Source: Terriglobia bacterium
GTDB taxonomy: Bacteria; Acidobacteriota; Terriglobia; UBA7540
Assembly (NCBI GenBank): GCA_035277665.1
Contig: DATEKC010000148.1
Coordinates: forward strand, 3,164-67,163
Direction of reading: 5' to 3'
DNA length: 64,000 bases
Made by a program: the position numbers and the translations under genes. The number at the start of each line of letters is the position of its first letter. The first letter of the stretch is position 1. The notes under the pieces are model-generated. The model was not told the origin of the DNA. It worked only from the letters and a program-made list of their open reading frames with translations, and made no database searches. This document shows positions 63,885 to 64,000 of this stretch, piece after piece.

Positions 63885-64000
63885 ATGCTGAACCGAATCA
63901 AAATGCTGGGCCAGCGAATTCACGGGTTGTTCTCGCGCCGCCGACTGGATGAAGAGTTCCAGCAGGAACTCGATGCGCACCTGGGGATGCTCACGGAGGA
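63885..64000 (+). CDS. ADOP-type (FtsX-like) ABC permease, N-terminal fragment cut by the window end
   Basis: MLNRIKMLGQRIHGLFSRRRLDEEFQQELDAHLGML is the characteristic N-terminal extension of acidobacterial duplicated orphan permeases. It lies 4 nt after padR. Confidence 0.7.
   Translation, partial: MLNRIKMLGQRIHGLFSRRRLDEEFQQELDAHLGMLTE

Noticed and set aside
1-64000. Scan for CRISPR arrays, IS elements, integrases, rRNA and tRNA genes
   Set aside because: No regularly spaced direct repeats were seen. No transposase or integrase-like translation appears in the six-frame track. No cloverleaf or rRNA-like segment was recognised by eye.

Overview
Visibly GC-rich bacterial chromosomal window. 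It is probably Acidobacteriota: a PadR regulator sits next to an ADOP-type FtsX permease N-terminus at the right edge, and several enzymes carry twin-arginine signals. No rRNA, tRNA, CRISPR array, transposase or integrase was recognised.

Layout:
- (1) 1-6.8 kb: cusCBA-type Cu(I)/Ag(I) RND efflux operon plus a membrane-anchored TRASH-motif protein.
- (2) 6.9-7.8 kb: orphan tandem-receiver gene split by one in-frame TAG.
- (3) 8-21.9 kb: metabolic and transport genes. These include a secreted beta-helix protein, two Tat-signal enolase-superfamily paralogs, Fe-ADH, serA, a CPA2 antiporter and TauE plus DUF1634. An AT-rich patch carries a Kelch/galactose-oxidase-like protein with a Cys-rich two-TM N-terminus.
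- (4) 21.9-28.1 kb: accessory patch. The last ~25 codons of the enolase gene recur as a relic at 25.26 kb. Directly after the relic lies a cassette of two Sec-exported Cys-rich mini-proteins (13 and 14 Cys), a secreted hypothetical protein and a lipoprotein. A G8 tract sits in the cassette's promoter spacer, and a T7 tract sits at the 5' end of the second mini-protein gene.
- (5) 28.3-40.3 kb: Pat-type acetyltransferase, USP genes, and a 115-nt four-way-junction RNA-like element. A regulator cluster follows (sigma-54 EBP, pseudo-receiver, STAS, Crp/Fnr, HTH-less cNMP-binding protein).
- (6) 40.4-52.7 kb: a co-directional minus-strand respiratory supercluster. It holds an MtrA/DmsE-like 11-CXXCH cytochrome, a ~670-aa MtrB/PioB-like outer-membrane barrel and two monoheme cytochromes c. 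It also holds an 11-heme cytochrome with a separate b-type cytochrome (split CbcL-like), a 6-heme NapC/NirT (ImcH-like) cytochrome, ackA and cydAB. I read this as a complete envelope-spanning extracellular electron-transfer pathway of Mto/Pio/Mtr architecture. It is the most interesting system in the window, with the Cys-rich cassette second.
- (7) 52.7-64 kb: long non-coding leader with a perfect CRP-type palindrome, a response regulator, a large secreted protein and an orphan Flp pilin. Then come bioDA, a Tat-signal SelA-like enzyme with an M14 peptidase, a REP-like hairpin pair, and the PadR-ADOP pair.

All family calls come from reading the translations by eye. No database search was run.
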